Source: Tubiluchus corallicola (taxonomy: Eukaryota > Animalia > Priapulida). Taken from it: a stretch of DNA of 64,000 nucleotides. The stretch spans positions 1,599,173-1,663,172 of the forward strand of contig JAQGDQ010000007.1 in assembly GCA_030141605.1 (NCBI GenBank), written 5' to 3'. Below, piece by piece: positions 1 through 22,600 of the stretch (its first letter is position 1; each line of letters opens with the position of its first letter). The notes beneath the pieces were generated by a model, which was not told the DNA's origin, made no database searches, and saw only the letters and a list, made by a program, of their open reading frames with translations. A program made the position numbers and the translations under genes.

Positions 1-1359
1 GCTGTAAAACATTGTGTGTCGTACACACTAATACATTATGCATGCCAAAAATAACAAATGGTTTACAGACGCCAACTCTGCACGCTATGAATTCTAGGAC
101 CAGCAGCTGCTGTCGTAACAATAGACGCCATAGAGAATTCTCGTAGGAAAGTTATAATCAAACAAAACTAAAAAGAACCGGATACCATGTAGTACATTTC
201 CTGATACTGACAATTATTCTCCTGACAATCTGATATGCACACTTCATAATAGAAACAAAAAATATGTTGAGTAATTATGATGATTTCTTATTATGCAAAT
301 TAAATTTACATAATAGTAAATACATGTACTATAGTAATATTAATAATACTAATAGGTATTAGTATTACCTACTGCTGATAATAAAGATAACATTAAAATA
401 ATTTAATTACAGTCCCTGATAAATCTGCAACAGCAAAAGCGAGTATAATTTTCATAATAAACTCTTAGCAACAGTGTTGGTCCAAGACTATCTTCACTGA
501 AAAGCACTGCTGGGACTAAAACTGGCTTTTTATTTTGACTGCCTAACTTGGCGTCGCTTAGAGCTGCATTCAATCATATGAAAAAATAAGCCCTGATCGA
601 CGCGGCTGAGCACAAAGGCATCGGCATGGACGCGTGGCAGACTTAATGAGGCATTCAAGCAAGCCTTACCAAACTTGGTGAATTCATTGTTTGGTGGATT
701 ATTGAGGAACCACATAAGCTCATTTATGCCTTTGTCATATTTATATCAGGCCTATGGAGTAAAATTATTCATAAATTATTTACTGGCGTACTTCGAAACA
801 AAGCTGCCAGCATTTTATTATTGCACTAGAAAATTAGATAAAATATAATACGCTGCTAGTTAAAATATTATTTAGCAGAACAAATATATATGTTATTTTA
901 CAAAAACTAATCACTTCAGGTCGTTGTGTGATTTTAATCATATTAGTTGTAGTTTAAATGGTTGTGCAACAAGTCATAGAGTCAAAAATTCAATTTTCCT
1001 AAAACTGTGCGATAAATGGAAAATTAACACGTATCACGAAATTGTTGTTTATTTGTTTATTTATGGACCATGAAGCTATCAGCCTGTTATCATCAATGTT
1101 ATGTTTTAATTAAAACTGTAGAGTTAATCATAAAGAGTTCATAGCGCTTGCAAAAAATATAAAATCTTGCAATCGTTATTGATTTTAATTTAATTAATTT
1201 TTTTATTTTATTTTTTTGAAATAACACTTGCATTACAGTAGCCAAGACTTCCCTGTACTGCGCCGCTTCAAGGGGATCTAAGCCAACTCTCCCCATCTCC
1301 AAAATTTGGTTTCATGGATCTGCGCCTCACCGTGGCGCCATCTGTAATTTTAATCTTAA

Positions 1360-2305
1360 AAGATTCTGCATATAGCAGAATCTTATTGGAAATCAACTGT
1401 TTACTATTTCCTTAATTTTGAAATCTTAATTTTTAAAACTAAAACAGCTAGAGTCACGAAACTTGCAGGGTAGACACCTGAGGATGGAGGACTATCACTA
1501 GTATAGTGATCGGTGACCTCGGATCAAAGGGTCACGGACGCTGGACATCGGACAGTTTTCCTTTGTCGCTCAATTCCTTGAGTTAAATTCAAAATTTTTT
1601 TCACAGATATTTAGGTCCTGTCGGTGCACTAAGTATTTTTCGGAAATTGGAGTCTAGGAAAGTTCTGAATTAGGAGCCAAAATGTGAAATCGTTTTGTCG
1701 ATCAACTCCTCTTACAGTATTGGACTAGGAGTCAATATTTATACATGCGTGGCTAGGCAGGAGGAGGGAATAGATGTGCATATAGTTCGAAAAGGATTTT
1801 CCAAAAGCGGGCGTGATCTAGTCACGTGACATGGGCGAAAGTATTAACATGTGGCCTAGTTAACTCCATAAGACCTTGAATTACGAAACTTGCAGGGTAG
1901 GCGCTTAATATAGGTAGGCAGAAAACAGTGCAAGAATGGCGAATTCTAGGACAAAGATCACAGGGGCAGGACCCAAAATGTGAAAATTAGGGCAAATGAC
2001 TTTGCCACTCAACACCACTTACAATATTGGACTAGACGCCCACGTTATTGCACGTATGGGTAGTCGGTCGAGCGTATATGTGTACTAAGCATTTTCGAAA
2101 AGTGGGCGTAACGAGGTCACATGGCTACGGCGACAGTGTTAAAATGGCATTGCAACAAAATGGACTTCCTATGTAATCAAGCACGGAGAATTCAGCAATA
2201 GCAAAATTATAATCTCGAGACAATAATCAAGTCAGCAAAAAATTTTCACAATCAGCAGTCGCAGTTTTGGTCATAATGCTGACTCTGTCATAAACAAGGT
2301 CTAGT
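1360..2305 (+). mobile_element. Non-autonomous Helitron/Helentron (DINE-1/HINE)-like repeat with internal tandem units
   Basis: 5' hairpin AAGATTCTGC-atata-GCAGAATCTT (1360-1384). Internal blocks are repeated: ACGAAACTTGCAGGGTAG (~1456, ~1883), CCAAAATGTGAAA (~1677, ~1973), CTTACA.TATTGGACTAG (~1710, ~2018), AAAAG.GGGCGT (~1803, ~2098). Ends in CTAGT followed by a T-rich flank. The family assignment is inferred from this architecture. Confidence 0.4.
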
Positions 2306-2359
2306 TACTTTTTTATTTACTCTGAGTGAAAGGTACTTTGTCCTGTTTATAGTATCTAA

Positions 2360-3079
2360 GGCCAATTTCACCGCGAGAACGCAAGGAAAATTATGCATGG
2401 AATTGGTGTCAGAAAATATTCAGATGATTTCCGACTTTTTCTCGAAATGCCATGCAGCAAGAAAGTCCTTTGCACAATGAAACAGAGCGATTTTTTAATG
2501 CGCGTCCAAATAGCTACAGCTCCTTGGACCGTGTTGCGGGCTTGTAGTATCGCTCGTCATCATGGACAGCGAGAGATGAGCTTGTTTTTTTTTAAAAAGT
2601 TCTACTATCAATTTCAACGTCTAAAAACATGTTAAATAAATATGTGCGTGTGTCATTTTTCTTTTTCACGAATATAGCCATCGCCGTTGCATTAATAAAA
2701 CATAAAATCGTCTTTATGTTAAAAGAGGGGTAAGATCTTATAATTTTATGCTGAAGTATGTTAATTGTTGTTCGTTAAACCAAAAAGAAGTAACTGAGTT
2801 GTTAAACTTTAGTTTTAATTCCCCGAGGAATCCTCACAAAACTTCACGAAGATCTAGCGTACGGCAACTTTACCATGTGGCAACTTTCCTCGTGAAGAGG
2901 ACGCATGGTTTCTAGCTGGCGGTAGAATTCCTCATGACAAATTCCACGAAGAAAATTTTGCATGAGGCGTCAGTGTGAAATGCGTCATAGAAAGCAATAT
3001 GTTCCATTTTCATGAGTAATACCGGAAGAAATTTTTCCATCAAGGTATTTTGACGCGTGTTTTCTCTGTAAAATGGGCT
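2360..3079. mobile_element. Degenerate PIF/Harbinger-like MITE
   Basis: Imperfect inverted termini GGCCAATTTCACCGCGAGAA ... TTCTCTGTAAAATGGGCT, flanked by TAA on both sides (2357-2359, 3080-3082). No credible ORF. Confidence 0.3.
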
Positions 3080-4358
3080 TAAGTGTGTCTGCTGCTGTTG
3101 CGGTGATTTCTGATTTTAACACTCTAAGCACAAAGTCTATGAAGCAGAAACAAAGTGATCTATTGTGTCTAAACTACATAAATTAATAATTTCACATCCA
3201 AATGAAGCCAAATAATCTGACAAAACTACTGCACTCAAATTGGGTGATTCACTACACTCAAACTATATTTTCTTGGGGGGAGGGCGTATTACGGTCTAAC
3301 TAAATAAGCGTAGTTAATGAATTTAGCGTACTTAAGTAAAATGAATTTACTTCCATAATGTCCATAATGCCAAAAGTAACGAATACAATCTGAGTAATTT
3401 GCCATATTTAAACAAAAAAACCGTAGACATAAAAAAGAGCGCCCAACATAAAAAAGGCCAACTATTCAGTTTCCTAGTATAGTGACTCAACACTATTTCA
3501 CAGCCGTTACCCACTACCACTGCCACCTCCATCGTAACCGTCGTTGTCATCATTATTATTGTCCTCGTTTCTTCAATCGTCAATGAACGCCTAAAATATT
3601 AATTTATTGAACTCTAAACCAACGAGATGTAAAGCAACGGAAAAGATCTTCTATTTGAATAGCACGTTGTGTTTATTTGAACAAATCATAAAAATAGTGT
3701 AAAAATAAAAACATATCACTGAAACTTTTTTGGCAAAAACAAGAAGAAACATAAGAAACATGAAAATGAAAGTGCTATGGTTAAAAAATGCATAAATGCA
3801 TACGGTTGCAAATTATCAAAAGACACAAACAATGTAAAAATATGTATTTTTATTGAAAAGCTTTAGTCTTAACACTAAAGAGTTGTATATTAATGTATAA
3901 CAAACATTACCGAGTCGCACTTACATAACATTTTGATTTTCGGAAATTGCTTTCGTAACATTTACTACAGAAAATATACAGCACTTAGAAACATTACACA
4001 AATTTTGCTTCCGAATCTACACATTCCAGTGGCAGTGTAGAGCATTTATAATTCGTAGGCCTACACATATATAAGCGATTATATTTGGCTAGTTACAACA
4101 CAGTTAACTTTTTGTAATATCAGTTACACCTTAATTATTAATGACCACAAAATTATTTGCAAAAAATAGCGAATTCTTTATTAACCAGATTGTTAAATTT
4201 TTGACAAATAACAGGATCATTCATTCTTGATATTAAAACTTTTATATTCACAAATACCTGGGTATATAATGCAACGTAATTGATTAACAGTCACTCGTGC
4301 AGGTGAGCAATAAAGCTTAGTTAAAATAATAACAGTCAATATTGTAAAGCAGATTACT

Positions 4359-9612
<5,254 letters not shown>

Positions 9613-10757
9613 TTTGTTTTGTTTGATAAAAAAAAACTTCAAATGCTATGGATCAGCACGCAAGCCCTTTTTCTTGTTCGCACCACTTCTCCCAGCTTCA
9701 CCAATGTGTTATGCAGCCAGGTTTCAAAAACCCACCCTTTTTACTACTGCACCGGACTACTTTCTTATGGATTTACCATTTACCACGCCAGACGAAGACC
9801 AAATGGCTTTGCTGAGAACGCCAGACGCTTTCAGCACGCATGCGTGTTAGAAAAAAAGATGAGGGATGTGTCATCGACTCCTGCAGCGTGGTTAGGTTAC
9901 TTACTGTACTGTTAAAACGTGATTCATGTGAATGCATCTTTGCGACTGTATACAGACTAGAAAGGACGCTTTAGATTCTTGTTCAGTGTAATAACCCAGT
10001 AATAATAATTTATTGCATTTGCTTAATTTAATTTTGCGTGAAAACATGCAACTCGTATATGATAATAAAGATGCCTGGACGAATATTTAGTATACACGCC
10101 AAGTAATCATTACATGAATACAACATATTTACCGTAGCAGCAAAACCGCCCCTTGCACTGAAAAAGCTTGTTTGTATACGTCATTATAATGGTACTTCTG
10201 TGAACAAAGCTCAGAAAATAAGAAGTTTCTATCTCAATTTAAAAATTCAGAAACTCGGGTCCTGGATCTTTCATTATTGATCATTCAGATGACAACGAAA
10301 TTGAAAACGATGCTTATCACGTATTGATGAGGTATATATTTACCATTTGAGCTAAAATACTAAACCAAAGTTTGCTTTGTATGCATATAACAACATTTAT
10401 TTTGAAAAATATCCACAAACTTAAGAAAAACTGTCATTGTTCAACAATTAACATGCAAAATATTAAATAGGGAAGAGACTTCAATACTGAAATTGCAAAA
10501 TCATTGACTGATATGAAGTTTATGTAATACTTTTAACAGTAAGCATTCTACTAAATTTAGCATAGTTGACGATATTCACAAGTTGTTCACAAAACTGTCA
10601 TTATTAAATCAAGTCATTTTAACTAACTAAAGGAAAAGAGATATATTCAATACTAAAATTACATCATCGTTGATCAGTATGGTATTTTATGCAATACTTT
10701 GCACAATTCATATTTCAAATCTATTAGAAATTATGCCATTAACCATGTGTTGTATGT

Positions 10758-15631
<4,874 letters not shown>

Positions 15632-15759
15632 TTTGACAAATCTTTAGACCTTCTGAGATTAAACTTATATGGCAGGTTGTTCAGCGTACAGTGACAGAAT
15701 AATAGAAAGCTACCGGTTTTGTACGCAGTTACACACCCAATATTCATTCGCCACTAAGG

Positions 15760-15900
15760 TATTTGAATATGATGTCACCACCCTAGCTTCTGATTGGCTA
15801 GGCTTCTATTTTTTCGCGAATTGAGAATCCCAGATTACTACAGTTAGCGGAATGCGCGCCAATCCAACACGTAAGCCTTTGGCGCCATCCAGCGGGCCTC
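15760..15900 (-). promoter_or_regulatory. Putative proximal promoter of beta-tubulin B
   Basis: CCAAT box (ATTGG on + at ~15794; a second CCAAT at ~15859), CRE-like TGATGTCA at ~15770, and a local CpG rise 130-270 bp upstream of the ATG. Confidence 0.4.
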
Positions 15901-16465
15901 AATTGGATACTTATATTTGCAGTTAACGTCAATCAGCCGCGTCGTCATGATTTCTCGTTTATCCTTGTAAGCTAAATACTTATGAAAAGTATTTTTAATT
16001 TATTTATGCACGTATATCTAAAACCATACATCAGTTTTATAATTATGTAGCCTTACTCTAACCACATCATCCCCCAAATGTTAACCTATCACGCTAAAAA
16101 GTACAGTGTTCTGCCTTCACGCGTACTCTAGGTGTCTACATACATACCCAAAAGTGATTACAAATTAGTCTAAAACTTTGAACGAACGCTTTTTTAGTTT
16201 TTGATGTGGGTGTTGTTGGCCTGTTATCATTATCTATAAATGGCTGTTTTAGAAGCTCTGTTCAGTCTTCAGTGTGTTGCTTGTACTTGTTCCAGTACGT
16301 ATTATGGTGAACAGCACGGTGGCGACATCATTTGCAAAAAGGAAAAAATGAATTGAATCGAAATTTTATGAGAATGAGAGTTACATATTACATCATGCAT
16401 ACAATACACACATATCACTATACCAAAGAAAAATTAACTAATCTAAATACGGATATACATCTGTA

Positions 16466-16620
<155 letters not shown>

Positions 16621-19600
16621 TTTCTGCAAGTTCAGTCTCAAAATTCAAAGTCCTTACTAAACAGAGTTTGTAATAATCAATTCGTATACAAGAGACTACA
16701 TATGACAATCACTATGGTAGATTATTTCGAATCAGTTTAATTTGAGACTTTTCTGTACGTGACTTCAGAGGGTAATGTTTAGTTGATATACATAAGATAT
16801 GAGGCAAGTCAATTTTTTAAATCACGCATATAAACTCAAAAATAATCTACCAGTAAAAACACCCAATCAAGAAAATCCAGAACTGATAAAATTGAGAAAA
16901 CGTGCAGATGGGCTTACTTTTACTAGCAAAAATTAGCTGGTAAAAGTAAACCCGTCCAGAACCGGACTTTGCCGAAAACACTCTGATGAGTCACAAGCCA
17001 ATGCTACAAAACTTAATCACTGTAACTGATGATATGTTTCATCGAATCTATATTAAAATTACAAATTTTATTTTCTTAGACGCACGTTTTTTTAACCCAG
17101 GCTAATCAATGAATTAAAATAAAAGTCAAGCTGTGATTATACCCGTGAATATTATTTGTTTAGACTGCAAGCATTATAAGTACAAGACAAATTGCTAGTT
17201 CACAGTTTTCTTTTGGTCCTATATATATATATATGCGTCATGTCATCGTATATATTAAACGCAAGATACTCGGTAACCGTGTGATACAAAGTTCAACTGA
17301 TAAAAAGGTAATATACTATGTAACATACTGTAAAATTATTACTGCTGATGTAGAGTTCCATAAAAACATAACTTTTTCTTAGATATTGCAACTAGCGGAC
17401 AGTTTGCTTTGATATCTGAAACTGAATGAATAAAAAGGTGCAAATATATAAACGTTGTTTATAGGGCAACTGATTGTTTAAAAAAGTTATGCAGAAATAA
17501 CTGCTTTTTGTGAAACATATTACAGAAGTCTAGACAAATGCGAATGGGACTCAAAATCGGATTTGCGTTGTTACGAGACACATTTTCTTCTGACTTAGCT
17601 ATAGATGGCAAATTTGGCCAAATTATTAAAGGACCATGATAAAATATCTAATAAGCAGGCGATTCATCGTGTAAAATTGCTACCTTATGCTTTCAAATTT
17701 CGTAGTCATACTGAAATCGTTCTGCTTTTTAAAGTTAAAATTTATGGACTGCACTTATGTTTTGTCAATGAACTACTAACTGATTAATGCTAACTAACTA
17801 ATAACTAAGTAAATAACATTTATTGACATCTGACTGCTAAACACTGCTAAGCGATGCACGGCGACGCATTTTGTAAAAAGTGGCTGCGTTGGAGCCAACT
17901 TTTCTATCGTATAATAAGGCTCAAATGTTTAATAACAATAAAAAAACTTTATTTTAAAATCAACGTGAATAAAATAAATTCAGCAACTACTAAGTTCAAA
18001 TAAATAGGAAGTTTTTTAATGTCGTTTAGCAATGTTTCAACATAAAAATAAAAATATTCTGTACATTTGTTATTAACTTCAATGTACATTTGATTTAGTA
18101 CAGGGGGTTTACGTGCACCAGAATATGAGTCTCCGTCTTGTTACTACCTCATTATTAGTGATGTATGTACTCTACAATTACAAGTAATATATTAACGTAT
18201 TAATTGTATTTATAATGACTACAATACGTGTGTTGTGCTAATCCAGTAAATATTAAAAGTATATTACTACACCGTTTTACACGAAATATATTTATAGGCT
18301 TATTCCTTTTTATCTAGCACTGCAACGATACCTTTAGCTAACGTTTACACTCAGGTTAATTAAGGTGACGTATCAGGTCAACCACCGATCTTAGCCACCC
18401 ACTAGTCACTCACATAAAAACTCGCCCACCCGGCATAGACCAATCCTTATTGCTCAAATAATCAGCTACAAAAAGTATTTTGTACCTACATAAATCCTCA
18501 TTAAGAACCTATATTAAAAAGTTTACTAATATAAATATCAGAAAATTTGCTGAGTTACATATACTATTTCAATAATAAAGAAGTTTTTGAAGTTACTATT
18601 TCCTTGAACATGTTGACCGTCTAAGTATATAACTTATTTAACAGAAAACGCAATAAATTTTCACGTTCGTAATTACTCCAGAATTTTGTGCGGTTTACGA
18701 TGACGAGCGCTGAAAACCCGTCAGTGAATCTCAGTTTGATGCGAGCGTGTCCATCCAACAATTTTAGTTAATCAGAAACTTTCACAAGCAACACCCACAG
18801 CTATTCCTAAGCTCTATTACTCATTCACACAATGGCAAACCGCAAGTGAAGGTATTAAAGCTTCCGGCTGTTTTAATGGTAATTACAAACAAGGTTATGA
18901 GTCAACATTTGCGTATGTCTTGTTTCACGTGGTTCGGTATGAATTGCACCTATATTTCTTACCATATTAAATGTTTTTGCATATTAAAAAGTATCTAGTA
19001 TACGTAATAATAATGTTGCTGTTTATCCGCATACTGGTTAACCTCAGCTATCCTCACGAACATCAAATTTGTATACCTTATTAGTACTATGCACTATTTT
19101 GTTAGATACACCTAACAAATTTAAAACTACGAACATGATAGGCTGTGGGCCGATTACGAATTCATAGGCATTCTAATATTTCAAAATGTTGTTTACAGTG
19201 ACATTTCACGTATTACTCATCTCGTGGTTTAATTACGACACAGCGCCCAGGGATGTGTAATTGTGAAGGTATAATAATGTTACTTCACGGTCATTGCCTA
19301 CACATTTGCCAGCAAGTCCCAGTTTATGCTTTTGCTCAGAAACAATACTACTATCGTAGGCTGCGTAGTAAAATCTGTCAATCATGTCCCATATATGGAG
19401 ATTCCGAACATTTACGAATATGTCGTCACGCTTCCGTTAGCCCGCCTACGGCTGCCGAGTGCCATATACGGAAGTTGTCGTGGTTAGCGATCGATTGAGC
19501 AAGACGCGTTCACCAATCAGAAACTAGTCACATGATCATGCCGCTGATGATGAATGAAAAGTTGTAGACTTGTGATGAGTACATGCACCTGTGATAGTAA

Positions 19601-19666
19601 TCGTACATTACCATTCCAATGGTGAACTCCATGCAGTCAACTTCGACGGGTGCTCCAACAGCCGTC

Positions 19667-22600
19667 ATGCCTCGTGTTGTGCCTGATCAGAGGACAAAAT
19701 TTGAACAAGAAGAACCTTTTAAGCGACTTAGCAGAGAAAGTGAGGTGATGCTTTTTCTTTCATTCGTGTCATTAGTTCAGGACTATGTGTAAATATCACA
19801 TTTTAGTAACTTCAACAGCGCGTGTTTAATTATTTCAAAATGACATCTATGTACATTTACTATATGCGGGCTACCTACTTGTGTCAATAGTTGCTTAGTC
19901 ATTACTAATGCCACGCATTGACGTTTTGCCTGTTTCAACTTGTTTAGCTGTGAAGAATGTAATATTGTGCTATTGGTTCACTGACTAAGATGAGTTTAGC
20001 CAGACTCGACCCCGTATATGCTACGCAGTGTCCACTGTTCATTATGGTGATATGTAATGTGATAGTACTTACAATATATCACATTGCACCAATGTGGTAA
20101 AATTACGAAGTGTGTCATTCTTGCCTTACTTTGAGCATTCAAGCACGTGCTACTCTGAAACATATTAGTGATGATGCTAAATGTTCAACGATTAGCACAT
20201 TCATGTGCGAGTTTTATGTTAATCAACGCAGTTTTTCGTCACATCGTCATAATCACTTTTAGTGTATTGTGAATTTGTCATAGCCTTTTTAGTGTATGAT
20301 GTCATTTGGTGGTATGGAGGGATTTAGTGTAATTTTCTTATTTCTGCTTCTTCGTACAATCGTTATGTAATAATACATCATTAACAATAATTAGGTCTCT
20401 AAACTCACAGAAAGGGAACATAACTCGTTAGGACTACACTATTTTTGCTTATGTTATACAGTTATGTTCTCTAGAACGGATCGGACAAAATTTTATATGA
20501 AATGTAGGTTTCAGCGAACAGCGCACTGCCTGGCACGCTTCTATTAATCGAACTTCTCACTATCGTTACTTAAAAAGCTATGCTAAATTAATGGTTTACT
20601 TTGTTACAGGTGAGATACACTGCATTTAGAGATAGACCTCACGAAGAAAGGATAGTCAGATTTGAAACAGGTTGTAGAGAAGGACATGCAGAAATAGTAA
20701 GTTGTCGTGTTTTAGACTTTCGCTACTTTATTAAAATCTCCTACTTTTTAAAACCAGTTAGCATTGCATTTAATATATTTATCGCAGTTTGGAAAACTAA
20801 TTTTCTTCCTACTTTTCACAGGCTTTTGTCACGTCTGGAACAAACCTGGAACTTTGGTTTGCGCCTCCCGGTTGGACAGGAAACCGCGAACTTGAACCTT
20901 ACAGAGGTTGGGCAAATTTCGATTTAGAACATGGCAAGGTAAGGGCAATATCTCATTATTAATTACAGTAATAGCCAGTAACAATGACGTTGATAAGGGC
21001 AGTCAAATTTGGGAACCGAAAAGTGAAAAATACTTCTCATTTTTTCTTTCACACCATTTTATTTCTCGATATAATTATACAATATTTGTGTTTTTTTTTC
21101 GTTTTATGTATATTTTTTGCTTTTGTTTGTCTGTTTGTAAATATGAAAGTGCTTGCCATAGTAAACAATAAAACCAGCATGATTGTTTCCTTGCCTTGAG
21201 TAGCATCATATGGATGAATGAGTAATGCAGTCATGACACATACAACTCACATCAGTCACTAACGCATTAACTCAAGCGATACATTGAATCATAAATTTGC
21301 AATTGATGTTATTTTGTATTCGATGTTTCTTCTTCGCGAGCAACTGGCTCATCAAATTTCAAGAAACAGAATCTTCTGTTACTTGCAATCTCAGAAGCCT
21401 TTTGAAATCCGTTACAACAAACTGATAAACGGCTTGACGCTGCCATGTGCTGATCTATTCAAAATTCGGTGCGGTTATGGGGATCCGTGTTTGGTGGACA
21501 AACCACCAGTTTGGAAATTAAGGTCACGAGTTAAGGTCAACTGAAAATCAAGTCCATAGGTCGCCTAACGTGAGTCTATTCGAGATAAAGCAAAATCTTA
21601 GCTCACTGCTGATATGTGTCGACAAGCTTTTACATTTATTTGTAAGCATTTACTGATATTATTAATTACTTGTGGCAAACAGCTAAAAAAATTATACACA
21701 GTGCATAAAACCTTGGGACTTTCTTGTTCTACATTAATTTATACGTAATTTAATTCTTAATTTTACTAAAGCTTTTTAAATGACTATGGCTGGCCATAAA
21801 CTACTTTAGAGTGAGTGATTCAGCTGCAAATAAAGTTTACAACTTCGCTTACTCATAGATTTTTACTTCTTCAAGCAGCGTCTATAGCAAACTGATATTA
21901 CATAGTTTCAAACTGACTACTATCGACTATCGTGTATAGATTAAATGTTGTTATTTCTTACTAAGCGGCCAGTTAGAGTTTCGGGAAGTTTATCATTCGT
22001 ATGCTGTTTGGATATGTTTAAGATGTTTGTTTTAGAAGTGCATAGGGCTTGTTTGACTCTTATTCACGTACTTTTCCAAGAACTGGCGCTCCGTGCGAGC
22101 TGCCGCATTACAACGAGGTGATGCAACACCACCTCGCGAAGCCTACCAAGTTTGCAGCGAAAGCCTGAAGCCGTATGTGCAGTATGCAGCATCCATGCGT
22201 AGTGTATTTACATATTCTACAACAATTAATATCTTTTTTATTTGCACTTTTATACTATTTACATATGTTTGCATGCATTATATAGTAATGTGCCATGGCG
22301 TGGAGCTACATAGACGGGGAATAAAACGATTTTTTGTTAAAACAGGCAAACCAACAGCCGTCGAAATTGAATAAATTATTTAAAGAATAAAAAATTTATA
22401 TAACAAAATATATGACTTAAATTAAAAAAGATATTTAAAGTAGAGTACCTCCTTTGCTCAATTCGGCACACTAACATCCCACAAAAAGCGAGTATTCATC
22501 ACTGGACCTACTAAGCGAGGATGGACGTAGCGAGACCGGAACCTCGTTCATTATCTACATTATGCCTCTAAGATAAGACATTGAACGCAGAAGTGTCTTA

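Noticed and set aside
530-715. 61-aa minus-strand ORF in a GC-richer patch
   Set aside because: No recognisable motif or supporting exon structure.
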